64,000 nucleotides of DNA from the NCBI GenBank assembly GCA_965285935.1, contig OZ260665.1:57598001-57662000 (forward strand), read 5' to 3'. The notes beneath the pieces are model-generated. The model was not told the DNA's origin. It worked only from the letters and a program-made list of their open reading frames with translations, and did no database searches. Position numbers and translations under genes: made by a program. Position 1 is the stretch's first letter. Each line of letters begins with the position of its first letter. Origin of the DNA: Ophelia neglecta (taxonomy: Eukaryota). Positions 27,916 through 42,400 of the stretch are shown here, in pieces.

Positions 27916-28534
27916 TCAGGGCCAGCCGAAGTCCACCCCGGTCATCTGATAGAATTTTTGATTGAATGGTCTATAGAAGTCTCGTAAGCGTTTTAATACT
28001 TTAGGGTCCACCTTTGGATGTTGTCGGCCCTTGGTCTTGCCAAGGCAGTGCGGATTCCCGCTTCCTTCTGGCTTTTTGAGACAAGGAAAGCCTTTGGTCG
28101 AGTTGAAGTAGAAATGCTTCTCGTTGATCACACGCTTGAGACCGAGAAAGTCCTGAACTTTGGCTATTTCACCTGCCGGATCAGTTATCAGTTTTTCTCC
28201 ATTGACGAAATGGATCTGCGAGAGACTGAAGTAGTCTAGCCACTTCTCTAGGTGTTTGGCGTATACGCCGATACGGATGGCCCCCCACGAAGTATCCACG
28301 ACTCCAGTGGCATTGTCCAAAAAGGCCATTTGAGCAAAGGGCTTTAGATCCGTGCGTTTTGTCAGCGCCTGTGTGTAGTCCGATATCGCCCTGGTGACTG
28401 GGTCGCGAACTACGACGATCAACTTGATATCACGTGACATGTTGGAGATCCTGGCTGGAACTCCCTTAGTGATGAAGTAAGATGGCGTCTTTTCCATAGT
28501 AATCTGTCCATCTAACCTCGCCGGCATTTGGTTT
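27916..28534 (-). CDS. HS3ST3: HS3ST3/HS3ST-B-like coding exon 2: remainder of the sulfotransferase domain
   Basis: Acceptor TTTATCATTTCAG|A AAC CAA ATG at 28535/28534 joins exon 1 in frame ([23 protein letters not shown]). Contains the 3'-PAPS motif [11 protein letters not shown], the GFPCLKK...[10 protein letters not shown] Cys pair and the C-terminal [14 protein letters not shown] at 27918-27916. Joined CDS is 842+619=1461 nt, 486 aa. Confidence 0.97.
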
Positions 28535-31500
28535 CTGAAATGATAAATGTAAGATGATCACTTGCCAGTATCGTCTGATAAACATTTTTATTTAAATTTC
28601 ACCTGTCATAAAGCTATAGGCAATGTTTAATACAGCAATTAATTGACATGTTCATGATAACTTTACTTGCCAAAAACATTGTGTTTTCTTTTTAATTACG
28701 AAAGCAGTAGCCATAATTGCTTTGCATTTGTCTGCCACGTTGTCTTATCATGATTGGAAAGTGAAAATATTTGCCGAAAACTTTAGCCATACGTGTTACA
28801 ACAAATAACCCTTTATGTGCTGAACGCATCTCGGATCTAGATGACACTTAACTGTGAAAGGCCGAGTTCATTACGTGGGAAAGGCTATGTTTGATACGTC
28901 TGTTGACAATGGTACGGTATGCGGGGCTCACAACGTATAGACTGTAACACTGTATGATGGGTGATTTCTGTAGTGTCTGACAATGGTTTATGACTTTACC
29001 CTGAAGGGTTGGAAAGAAGAAACAACCTGCCGAAAACCTCGGGTGTAATAGGTTGTATACGCTGCTTTGAGTGGACTCTTCAAAGACAAGGCAAAAGTTG
29101 CCCGTAGGTGATGCTAACTTAGCCACAAGTTACCAGAGAAGTAAATTTTCTTTACTTCTTTGGGTTTTTTAATTGTGAGAAATATAGACAGATGGAAACT
29201 ACAGGTTGTGTTTCGGACTGTGACAGCTTCAGACGATGAAGTCAATTGATCACCAATGCGACCATGCACATCATGATAAATGACCGGGTGTCATGGCACA
29301 GAACCATAAGAAAAAAGACTATTCACTGAGAGATGGGTCTGTTATATAGAAATGATTCACATCACTGTTATAAATCACACCGACGGGACTAGAACCATGT
29401 TATCATCAAGATATAACATCACATAGCGCGGTCTACCGTCCAACAATCGCCATTTTCTGATCTTAACTCACTCCTCCAACTAAGACGTCCCCCTCTGTGA
29501 CTTTATTACAACAAATTATAGTAATAAAAACTGCTTTGACCCCAACTTGAATGTTGATAAAAACAACATAAATATAAGGAAGATTTTTAACATTTACTTA
29601 TTCTTCCAATAAGTTGTTTCAGCAACCCTCTTATTCAGTATCAGCAATTAGCCTAACCCTTTGGAAAGAGGCATATACTACTATACACTATGCCGTGTTT
29701 ATGACCAACTAACTAGTCGAGCGAGTAAAGAGCTTCTAGCCTCTTTTATTTTCAAATGTCCCTTGTGTTTTTGTGATACGCATTGCCATGTCGCACTGAG
29801 TAAGGGACGATGTAGCATGACATGGCTAAGTTTGGTTTTCGGCTTGTCATATTGACAGGCCTAATCCAGTGTTTGCTGATGGAATTAGGCCCACACCGGT
29901 ACTCTAGCTAGGGTCGCTACGATTCAACAGTTCTCTTTATAATGGTATGAATGGACTAAATACCTCTTCATTAGGCACAAGCCCTTGCTACGGCCTCAAG
30001 AGGTAGACTGGTAGTTCAGATCACAATGGTGGACATGATATTATCCGCACTAAACACGTACTTCTGGTGTACTATAAATACCCGGCGCACAAAACGAAGA
30101 CGTTAAGACCTTAAACGGTTCCATCTATTAAGGGACAACATCACCCAAACATTTACATTCAAAACAAGTGTAAGATTAATAATGGGCTTAATTCACTGTA
30201 AGCATTCTTGTTTCATCACAGACCACCTACATGTATGGAGATTAATACGTCCAAATAGTCCACAGCACAACCAAACTGAGCTAGTCATTTATCCGAAAGA
30301 AATGACACTCTTTACACACATTGCGATGTTTGATTTTGCGGGACATGTTGCTGGTATGTGTGATCAACGATAGAGTTTAAACAATGGCGATTTATCATCA
30401 AACCTTTAAGGAGAGAACCTTTAGAGATGGGCGTTTTCGTCTCAGACCTTCTGTTGTTTGGAGCAGACGCAATAGGTTTGAGTCTGGTAAAACGATTGCC
30501 GGAGATAACGAGAACAAACTGGTAATATTCAAAAAAAGTCTCCCAGCTCCTCACCATTAGGGAGCTTTAGGCTGTGTGATAATATGTGCAAGGTGATGGA
30601 GTATGAGTTCCCGAAAACAAGCCTCCCGGCCTAGAAAAATAACTAAACAGGATATGATTGCATCAACATTGATAATGGTCTAGCATTCAGAGCTTGGGAA
30701 CGACGGAATTTTCAAGTACTGTGCCTCAATTGCACACAGACATTAGACCGAAGGAAGCATCTTTAGCTAGGAGGGAAATAATTACAATCCCCTATATATT
30801 TAGACAAACTAAAATGAGGGGAAACCAAAACAAATCCAGCACAAGGTTTCCTACGGCGTGTTGTCCAAAGAGAACTATAATGGGCAGAAGCTGCGTTTAT
30901 ATACGTCCTGATTGCCAGGTGCCTATTGTAAAAACCAACATAAAATCATTGCCGCCAAAACTTCCGAGCTGAACATTGGAAGGTCTATAACTTTACACAA
31001 AATTCGGCTTTTCCCCTTTTATTTATTCACCACCTGCAGAGTGATAGGCGGCCTTATGTGTTTGTGGTCCCAACAGACAAATTCAATATAAATAATAGTA
31101 TATGGAACAACTTTATTCTTTTGAGGAATATGTGGGCAATTTGCCCCTAAGTTTTGGTCTCCATGTACACATCATCAAAAGATGTGAGAACAGGTGGTTG
31201 AAAGTAGTAAAGGTTTTCCAGTAGGCAGTCGTACACTAAAATACAATTGCACAACAAGCTAATAAGGTGATTAAGAGTTCCCATAGGGGATCAAGTCCCC
31301 TGTCATTGGTGACTCTTTACATCTGTTCGGGTTGTTGAGGACTGGCCACCTAGCCCATTGTGCTGTCTACCTAGGCTGGTTTAGCCGGACAATACTGCCT
31401 GGCGGGGGTACACGGCGCCTACACGGCCCCGGGACAATGAACACCTATTCATCCTGCATCACTCCGTTGGCGGCCAATGTCCGTGCTTAATAAGGCATAC

Positions 31501-33375
31501 TTTGTAATTAAATGATTTCAGGTCGGCCGTTTGTCTGAGAGCAGCTATGCGCTCAGAGCGGCTCTGGTCATCCCGCCGAGAAACAAACTGAGGGAATGGC
31601 TGATTTCCTTAATGAACTAGGAGTAGTCGGGCATGGCGATAGTATTGTACGGGGAATAGATCTCGAACAGAACGACCTACTTTAAAGCCGATCTAATCGA
31701 TATCATTCACCTGACTGGAGATGACACCAACAAGCAATATATTTGTTCTCGTTTAAACATACACCAAAGCCAGAATGGACAATGCACAGACCGGTACCCA
31801 CCAGTGGCCCTCTAATTATGCCTCGAGAAAAATTTTGTCGTATCATTATGAGATTACACATGTCAGGGATGCAGACACCTCCTGTAAGGACGATTTGAAC
31901 CCTTGCGTGACCGTTTGTCGTTAGTTTCGGCCAGCACTATTCCCCCTGCCCCCCTCGATTTATGGCCACCTATCATTACCGGCTCCAGTAATGTCATTTC
32001 GACTTTGACGATCGCCTCTAATACCCATGGTGTCATCCTCTCCCTGAACACAGCGTTCCGATCCAGTGTCAGCTGAGGCTGTAAACTAGTAAGACCTTGG
32101 TCGTGCGCCAAGATGCCAGACAGTTTCTCATTAAGTTCAGTAAGAACATTCCTGCCATTAAAGTGTATACGAAAGGAAATAAAAGCTTCCTGTACATATA
32201 TAAAATCTCCGTGTTACAGTTGGTAATTGACTCTGCTAACAGACAGATGTATTTGGTAAGGTATTAAGGTGAAATATATATTGTTTTAGTCATGTCGCGC
32301 ACTATTAATATATGACTTTCCTTTTCTTAAGGCTAAATATGCATTAATGATTCAATCATTGAAGAGGGACAAGTACTTCAGTAATCCCGCTGTTCTCAGC
32401 GGTTGACCAACATGCCTGGTTTTTGTGTGGTGCTGCAGTATGACACGAGGCAGCAGAGCAGGCAGCACTTAAAACCAGTCCAAGATGACAACCACAGTCG
32501 GCACTGCCCCGCTTCTAACATGCCTGTGACGGTTGTACATAGTGTGTTGCCTGGTTTGTTACGACAAGAGGACCGGAGCTCATTCTACGCATGACACTTT
32601 GGTATATTATTGTTAATATATGGAGGCACATAGCTGCAGGTTTTCTTGTGTCAAGTCCCCTTGGTAAGCGGTCAAGAGCGCCCCAAAAGTACTCTCTATG
32701 TGCTTATTCTGAAGGAGACCATATTAATTGTATATAACACAAGGGCAAATTTAGGACTAGCCAACAACAATGGGGTAACATTGTGAAGAATGGTGGGAGG
32801 TGGGGAACTAAATGAAGGGGGTTTTGTGCGAATGACATGGCTCTTACACCATTGACATGTAAAGCACCCCACAAAGGGGTCAAGCGTTGCGATGCCCTCT
32901 TGGTACAGCTCTGGCAGATGCAGGTGCGTCATGCCACTGTGACTAGCAACATATTGTATGGTAGCCTTGTATAATGGGTGACCTATCTGTTGTATTATTG
33001 CAGTACTGCCTCCCAAAATGAACTTTATCCGTCATCCATGAATTATGCTATATAGTGCAGCGTCTAGCGGCATAATCATCCATAAAAACCGCTCCTGAAA
33101 CCCAGCACGACATCCGGATAATACTTGTTTTGCTTCAGTAAATATTGAAAAGGGATTGAATCTGGATGGAACATACAGTCTTTTGGCGCAAGTGGAGGTC
33201 ACGCTCCTCGACATTTGAGCAATGATTGTGAAAAACTGCGCGAGTTCCTGGAAAATGCAGAATGAGAAATGGACTTGGGTGTTTATACAAGCCTTTGCGC
33301 CGTTGTAACGGTTCAATCGGCTGTAAAATGTTCCCACCAACCACACTGGGCTACTAGTGAAACTGACAGATCCAA

Positions 33376-33400
33376 GGGCGGGGGGGTTGGGGGTGGGGGG
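33376..33400 (+). other. Canonical G-quadruplex-forming motif
   Basis: GGG-C-GGGGGGG-TT-GGGGG-T-GGGGGG: four G-runs with 1-2 nt loops. Confidence 0.6.
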
Positions 33401-36400
33401 CTCGTTACGAGAAGGACAAAGGCACAAAAGGTCATTACACGAAAATTCTAATAGAACGTTGTCTTCAGCATCTGGTCCTGGTTCTGCTCTATTCAAATCT
33501 CCATAATCATTTTTACATTTCAACTCGGAAGAGTTCATTGAACGATGGTCAACATTGGCCGCTGCAAATGGCCATTTTAACATTAATCGAAACTATGACT
33601 AATCATAACAATTACAGGTGAAATCAGGCGTGCCTGCCTGTCGTCTGCAGATCCCTGTAGACGCCATGGAGTGAAGCCAACAAGAGGACAGCATGGCGCC
33701 ATTGCCACATGGGACAAATCCGCAACATGTAATAGAGCAGCGGGTGATACTTTTATGGACTGTGACTAGGCCCTATCTATACCTATGAATCTGTACAAAA
33801 TAATTAAATCTCTATCGACCAAACATGTCTTTTGGTCAAATTATCTTCTATCATGCGCTGGTTTGTTTTGCACTGGTTGACTAGTAGTTTCAGAATGCTT
33901 AACAGTAACACGACTTGACCATCTATGCATGTCTGACTCGTAATATGGCTGAAAACCATTGGCAGTATCGACTGATCATCAGGGGATTTATTAATTAAAT
34001 AATCTTAATGAAATTTGATTAGCCATCTCCAGTGTTGAACCTAGCAAACACAATTATACCAGGGTGATTGAAAGTAGCTTGGAATGGCGTGGTGATGATC
34101 AGAAACCAGAAACCCACTGGAGAAATCTGCCTGGGTCCTTGGGAACAGGGTCTGGGAAAAGTGACCATCTGGGGAAAGGAAAGCGGCGACTGAGTGGAAA
34201 ATCACGCGTGTTTGTCACTGGATAGTGTCAATATACACTCGTTAGCTGATTCAATTACAGTATGTGTATATTGTCTTGGTTCTTAAACGGTGGACATTAC
34301 TATACCTCGTAATGACTGCCACACCAATAACATTTCTTTAGGGAAGAATGAGTTATTAGTTGATGGAGACCACTATTCATTCCGCAGGGATTGTTAATGA
34401 CCCCCTTACCAACTGATTTCACCAGGCCTGAGTAGGACGTACTTGAGCAAAAGGATGTCTATTGAAACTTGGTATTCATCAACGGCCTGTCTACCTCAGG
34501 CTTCTTGACATTGCATCGATTCCAAGTTTTTTGACAGACGCAGACATAAACGCTTTCACCTTCGAAATGTTTTGTGTCTGCAATTTCTTCGGGATCACTT
34601 CTTAATAGTCAACACAAAGAAGTACAAAGACATCTTCAGAAATTGTTAAAAAGCCAGGTTTTACAAAGCCCAAATTTTGATGAAAACCACGTCTCATTGC
34701 CTGAACCTTATCACAATAAGAGAAGCATTTATTTGATCTCATACGTAGACATTGCACATTACAGAATTCGATCTGATTCATTAGTTGAGTAGTGAGTCGT
34801 GTTTATCGAGTTTCAGGTACCTTGAAAAGACAAATCACCTCCCAGTCGGACTCCGACACCGATTTCTAGGCAGCCTTCCTATCCTGTTGCTAAGAAGGGG
34901 TGGTTCCACAAGCGGCCCTGTTGAATCCCAGAACATCTGGTCGGAAGGCATAGCTCACCCTCTTGGGGTTCTAGCGGTAAAAGTAGGCCTCCCCATGAGC
35001 AATCGTCTGCCAGACCGACAGCTCCATTCAGAATATACGATTATTTTACACCCACAACTCCAATCAGCTAAACGCATAAAAGCATAGCTTGAGGCAAAGT
35101 TATATTTGTCACTTTTCTTTTAGAGATGATTGATAAGATCTCATAATGTGTAATCTATTGCTTTACTGGCAAGAGGATTGAGCAATCAAAAATATCTGAG
35201 TGTAAGAAGCTTAGGAGAAAAACTGGAGCATTCCACGTAAGACGTACTGCATCTGTGATGTGATTCTCCTTATGATGGCTGTTACTTCTGAGGACTAAGG
35301 ACATTGATACCCATCGTGAGTTACGGAAATCAATGGAAATACAAGTGACCGAGTATAGCCCTTAACAGTCCCGGATTAATGGCAAATACGGGCGCCTGAC
35401 CTCAGCCTTGGTTAGAAGATGCCCCTGGGCACACAAGGTTATAAACATGTACATATTGAGATGCTATTCTGGCAGAGAGTAGTGAGCCTGTTTGCTGATT
35501 ATATGTTTATGTTTCGTGGGTATACTCTCGTGCAGGCAAACCAAGATGATCTCCAGAGACCAGATTGGCCAGTCACAGCCTACATTACCCTGTCCCAAAG
35601 GCACTATTGAATCATGGCATGCATAAACCTAAACGAACAGTGCCACGAGCAACGTTGGGGGTGACTAATTAAATTGAAATAAACTCGGCGTCTTAAGAAA
35701 ACCAAGATCCCTCAGGCCAGAGCACGTCTGTACCTAATTATTGCTCAAAGTGGATATAAAGTGAATCTAAACAGACTGTGAGGCAGCCCGTCGTGATGCG
35801 TGTCCCTCCTTGTGGTCTCCCATCTGAAGTCTTTATTGCAAACATCTGTTTTTGCTGTTCGGCTCTTTTGCCGAGTAAACACCAGTAGACACCCGAGGTT
35901 CCTGAGGTACAAAAGAGGCCACCAGAAAAGTGAGTTCCACCATTTTTCCGAGACAAGGCCGGCTTTTATAATCAAAATGGCTTAAATGTGTTAGGACCTG
36001 CGATCTGCGATCAAAGTAGAGCTCGACCTCTGTGCATGAGAGGTGACTTGAGGAAACCTCAAAGGCATTTAGTTAATAGAAGGCATGCCATGCCTGGCAA
36101 ACAAGACCGTGAGAGGTTTGCCTGTATATTTTTTTCCTTTGAAAACAGGCAAGTCCGTTTTCTGTTACCTTATATCCCAGGGATTATATGTATATATATG
36201 TGCGTGTCACACAGTTGTGTCCAAATGAGAAGTCAGGAAACAACCGAAGAAAGAACACATATTATATCGTGATAATGGTAAAACGATGGCATGCTCAGTA
36301 GCTGTCGATCGTGTTTGGGATGACTTGCTTTGAACATTGCCTAATATGGAGGATCATATCTGTAGGTAAAGCGTGCTGGCAGTCAACTATGGAAATTTAC

Positions 36401-39400
36401 AGTGGGAAATTAGCTCCTTCTCTGCCTGTGATGGCAAATATACTCTTTACGTTCATGGGATTTCTTTCATTTCCATGGCTTTAGCGGCCGAGACCGATCG
36501 ACGGAGTCCGAGGCACAATGGCCTCCACAATAACAGGCTAATAATGGTAAAATTAGTCGAGCTAAAAGGGGAACAACGACCAAGTCTATACGTCATCCGG
36601 GCTATTGGCTCCGACGCAGATCAGTGTGGCTCATTATTGTCTGATTTAAAGCCAACAGTAATGGCGGCAACTAGCTTTGTAGCTGACAAAACCTTCTTGT
36701 CTCACACGGAATTTGATTAAAAACATGCAACAATATCATTCACCATATTAGTCATAATGCGACATGGGCATCATGGCCGACATTTTAATATGGCGGTAGT
36801 CAATGACAGCTTCCTAGCCGGCGCCAGTCGTCTAACATTTATATATTAACTTAATTCGGTCTTTGGCACGATGTTAACAAAACAGGCCGACTTGATATAA
36901 TGAAAACCACGCACTTCAGTACACCTAAGTAGATTAATGTATTGCAACAAGTCGGTACTCGGACTTAATTATAGTTAATTGTATGGCAGGAGCAATCATC
37001 ATTGCAGATCTAAAGGGTATAAGGCTGAGCATTTGCGAACAGTAGCCCCTCACTCGATATTCTATTTTGCTTTTCATAAAGTTTCTATGCCATTGTCATC
37101 AACCTAAGATTTTCAACGGAGGAAGCCCAAGCTGTTGAGCCACGATAGGCCGCCCCCCCCCCCCCCCTTTTCTAGCGCTTGGCACTACACCTCATCTCAC
37201 ACGTCTGCCGACTTCACTCGGAAATTGATTCTTTTTTGCCAAACGACTCAGGTTCCGTTTTCTCCAAGCTGCGGGCAGTTCTAAAACAAGAAGTCGTTTA
37301 TCAAACGGACGGCGCTAGGTCAGTGAATAAAGGGCAAGACTAGAAGGCAATTTCTTCTGCAACCAGTTGGTATTGGCGAGATAAACTGACTAGGCAATTG
37401 TGGTCTACACAGCCACCCGTAAAAGAGCAGTATTCTTTACTAATCTGTGGTTCCAAATTTTCTGCCGGAACAGCAGAGCTCCCATTTCCTTTAGTACTTA
37501 AAGTGAGTACCACACGTGCCTCACAATGCCAAACCTCCAGTCTAGAAGACGATGGGATGAAATGGGTCATCCGTTTGTTGCCACCCCCTACCCAAAGTGG
37601 GGGGGGGGGGGGCAGCCTGAATAAGAGCAGCAGGCTTACCACTGGTGATCTATTAACAGGGCCCGGAAGTCATTCCAGGTATTTAAGACTAGGTCTATAA
37701 TATTGTTTCTTCAGCTGGACTGGCCAGGGCTATAAGGAAGATGGCGGGGGTTTTGCTCGTCGTTCTACTTTTGGACTTGCTATCGGTACGCCTGCCTGAA
37801 TGTGGGTATGCTCTCATCTCCTCGCATTGTGTACCCTTTTTAAGGGTGAGCCGGTCAACCATTAATCCGTTGTAACGGATAAGGGTACAAATCCCCTGTT
37901 GTCAGTATGTCAACATGGTGAATAAGGTCTTTGGACCGTCCATGAATAAAGATAGGAATGAGGCCTTGTATCCACGATATTTCGTTCATAATGCCACGTC
38001 TTCCCCTGTATTAAGTGGGTTTTAATGGCCGCATTACGGCCGCAATGACCTTGTATTGACCTTGGCATATTGCATTCATTATGGCCGCTATTATCACTGT
38101 CCACATAACACGAATGAATGGCAATCGGCAAGCACCGGACGATACCCGGAGATCAATCATAAAGACCAAACAAAGAGGGCTTACTGGGACTACCATCCCA
38201 GACAGATCCTTTCAATTAACCCAGTAAATACGAACAAGACAGAACGGCGCCTGCCATTTCAGGTGCAATACAGCCTTTTGCCTCCGAACTTACCAAGTCT
38301 GTCAGAACAAAGAAGATTGCGTTAAAAAACGTATGCAGTTGATAGCCAAAGTGACTTATCGCAGGCTTCAATTGCACTCTCAATTGTCTAGAGAGAGAGA
38401 GATCGGCGGTGTGTTTGCAGACCTCTTGGCGAAACCCATTCTGGGGAAGCAGTTTGACGCCTAGAAAATGATATTGTGCAACTGATTAGTATGAGTCTCC
38501 ATGCTAGCAATGTGGCTGCGACTAAGCTCCAAGCGGGGGACGCAGCTGGTGTGGCTAAAGGCATTCGTCTGTAGTCACTGACTGGCTGACAATAATACGT
38601 CATATCCTGATCCGGGCGACTCCGATCGGCCTGGCGTGCACCTGCCCCCAGAAGAGTGTCAACGCAGACAAACTCAGTTGAATGGATAGGACACCCGGCA
38701 ATACACTCCGGTTAAAGAGTTTACAAGAAAATGATATGATTCGGGAGACGATGAAACAGAAACTGCAATACCTTGGCAAAAACTATGTACGGCAATGGCC
38801 AAGGACAGTTTAGAAACAATAATTAGATCTACATATAATAATAAGACAGGCATTGGCCTTAATATACACAGCGATAAATAATGGCAATGATGTGCTCAAA
38901 ACAAGTCAAATAGGGTGGGGGAGGGGGGGGGGGCTATTTCATTGTGATAAGCGACAAAAATGTAAGTTTCTTGTACAATAACTATGTTATTTTTATCTTA
39001 CACTTTAATGCACCATCGGCCAAATATAATTTTTGCTTAAACTGTTTATGAGAATAGACAAAGGGCTGATTTCACATTTGTTGGAGATTGAGATTTGGCG
39101 AGCGACGTGTTTTTAATATTTCTCATCATGACGTCGAAATCGGATCCAAAACCTAAAACGGCGCATGAAAAAACTGCTCTCCGGTGTCACGAAGTGGGTG
39201 ATTTCTAAAGGAACCTCTCCAATAACCGGAGACATCCTAAACACTTAATGAATGGCGTCGGGCTGTGAACCGTTGTCGAAGTCGTCACGAAAAGGGCAAA
39301 GAGCGACCCGCCTTTCACTCATCGGTTGTAGCGGGCATGTTTCGGTTATGTTTACCAGTGTGTTTAAGAATTAATACTTGCCCTAAACTAGGCCAGGGTT

Positions 39401-42400
39401 GGAAACCAATTTCAAGTAGAACAGTTGTCTGCTATGTATCTTTCACTACACCCCCCTCGAGCTAGCTGAACTCGGCAAATGCCATCTTGGCGGGGTTCTA
39501 CCCCATCCGAGGTACATGTCAGGTGGGGTCAGACACAGAAATCGAGTAAATGACACAACCTCCCAGAGGGGTTCACAAACTTAAGTTGGGTAGATTACGT
39601 GATAAACGGACGAAAGTTGAGCCAAGACATTAATGTCAAAATTAAAGCTGCACGTTACTGGAAAAACTATGCTCTAGGGGAAATTCTTTTGTGTGTTCTT
39701 TCAGTTTTTGCATCAATAATAATTGAGATGCAAAGGCCGAGTTTATATTATTGGCGAAGGGAAAGCATTGCAGGGCATTTCGAATGTAGCTGATTCAATA
39801 ACTTGCAGAGCCAACCAGCATCGCCATTTTAGTCCAAATAGACAGTACCCCGTGACTCAACCCGAACTGCAATCTCCTTCACTTTACACCCCTGATTTGA
39901 CATGCATAGAAACTAAATATCCCATTTCCAGAAAGCGGCCACATTCTTTCTACATCCATAAGCTCTTAACGCCAATCAATAAATGAATTCTTAATCGAAA
40001 CATAATAGCTTAATCGATTTTCTGTGATATTAGCGTTCTGCAGCCACTTAAATACAGGGAAACCCGACAAGAAATCTGTCAATACAACGAAAATAACATT
40101 GGCTGCGCAAACGCTAATTCACTGTAGGTGCCTGCTAGGCTATATTGAAGTAACAATATGGCCTAGCGTTTGATTGACTTTCACTAAGTTCACTTTGCTC
40201 TCTACATCCGCTCTGGCATTCTTGATTCTAGATCGAGTGCAATGCTCCCAGAATGCCATGGCAACTACCGCCTCCCTATATTGGCTGAAAGCAGACGACA
40301 CTGTCTCAACCAGTTGGTCCGACACACCAGCTCGTCATGCCATACAACTTCCCACTTGCGATTTTTCTATTAATTCGAGCATGGAGTCGTTGAAACCCGA
40401 GCCCCCCAGCATTGAATCGTGAATTCAATATTGTGTTCCGAGAATTTGCGACCTGTTCAACTGCAGTCGCCAGTTTTGAATAAAACCTTACTCGCCGCTG
40501 ACGTTTCGCCGATATTAGGAGGTGGGAGCTGTCACGGCATCAGCGAATTGAAAACGTCCCGGTAATGACACGATGTCAATGTGAAGGTCGACCAAGTGAA
40601 TTGGTCTTTCAGACTATTGGCTTTAACTACAAATGCTATTGGCCTATTAGAGAAGTTGTATACAATAGGCATACTAACAATACCGTCCGAATGATTCATT
40701 AAAATCAACAATCGAATGAGACTTCCGGTTATGAAGACTGCTGTATATCCGGTGCCGCCTAGTACGGGACAGGTGGGTGATTTGGGCACTGTCATTCAGG
40801 AAGACACTCATTCACGGCAGGTCGTAAAATCTGTGTCCAAACGACAGGCGGTTCTCAATAATGGATGTTTAGGCTTATGGCATAATGACTAAGGCACAAC
40901 AGCGCGAGCAGATTTACGTTGGTCTGCTCTAGGGTTAAATAATCGATACCTGTGCATGTTGCATGCAAAACTCAAACGAACATTCTAGTTTCTGTTGTTA
41001 AAAAGGGTTATAAGTTCCGTTTTCTTCTCAATAGCTTGCGTCGAGGATTTTTCTTGACCAAATCGCTGTTGAGATTGTCCGATAATCCCACAATGCATCC
41101 CTATAACAAGAGGATAGGAAGGGCCAGTTATGGTTTGATCAACTCGGATCAAAACGTTGCAGATTAGTTCGCGTATTGCCAAGATAATCAATGAATCTGC
41201 AAGCCTGTGCACAATGGAGCTATTTGCGCTACTGAGACTAGAAGGACGCCTCAATGAGAGCTGCAGGGCAGGTCCCCTGATTAGCTCTGGACAGGTACCG
41301 CTCATTTTAATAGATAAGTTGGATTTAGGTATTCAATTATCTGGTGCATTTGCCCTAATAAAGCTTTTCTATCCAACTACTCCATCGCATTATGTTATTA
41401 GTAAAGACAGCCAAATCAATGACCTCATTTGCTCATTAAAAATTTAACACCTATCCATCAGAAGTGTCATGGCTGCGCGTTCACTCTGCAGCCGAGAAGC
41501 TACAAGCTGCAGGCAGTATGCTGATATATCGCGCTGTTTTGTTCCAGGCAGCAGACAATTTATATGGTGTCCTCTGCAGGGGCATTTGTTGAGAAATTGG
41601 CGGATACAATATTAGCGTAAGTGACACATTTTGAGTAGGCATCTCGTCAATACGTATTATGTGGCCATAGATATGCCACATTACCTAGGCTACAACTATC
41701 ACGCTGTGTCATTTATCTTGTACGCTAGTCAGCATATTGTAAAATTAACTAATATTCGTGGTGGTGGAGAGAGATTAAGGATTTGGCCTGCTAACAGCTC
41801 GGGCTATAAATCCACAGCCGGAATACGACTCGATACATAGACTGCCTTGGTAGGAACCTCTGGACGAGCACAGCAATCAGAGGATGATGTTATGCAGGTT
41901 TACTGGTCGTGTTGCTTCACTCTCAGAGGGATGGGGGTAATACTTCTTAGCCGCACTATACTGTCGATGCAAATCAAAGGAAATTGACGGGGCTTGCTAT
42001 TTCTATTATAAACTTGTTAGGCAAGACGTTCAGTTTGTTAAAGATAAAAACAGATAATCTATGTAAGGGCATCCAGTTGAGTTTTTTTTCCTAATAAAAG
42101 TCCTTCAGATCTCATGTAGATTGTTGGTCCCTATTGAATACTTTATAGGCCCAAATAGTCGTTCTGTTATTTTATCATGACTCAGAACAGATATGGCAGT
42201 TAAGTCCCTATTTCGGACAATGAGATTAGCTGTTTCTGTAATTATATGCCGAAGAGTATGTCGATATTTTAAGTATCAAAACTTGTTTATGTATACATGT
42301 TTATATATACCGGAGAACGCTGCCCTTGATAAATTACTGTCGATGATGAAAGACCGAGTTAGTTGAGGCCAGCATATCGCACGACCGACGCCATTATGTC

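Noticed and set aside
33032-33583. 183-aa minus-strand ORF, the longest non-HS3ST ORF
   Set aside because: No recognisable domain; it runs through a G4/poly-C tract; ORFs of this length can occur by chance in 64 kb.
40495-40530. GACGTTTCG, the reverse complement of the CGAAACGTC end of Penelope-type hammerheads
   Set aside because: No TCATCAG/TCTTCAG partner at the needed distance.
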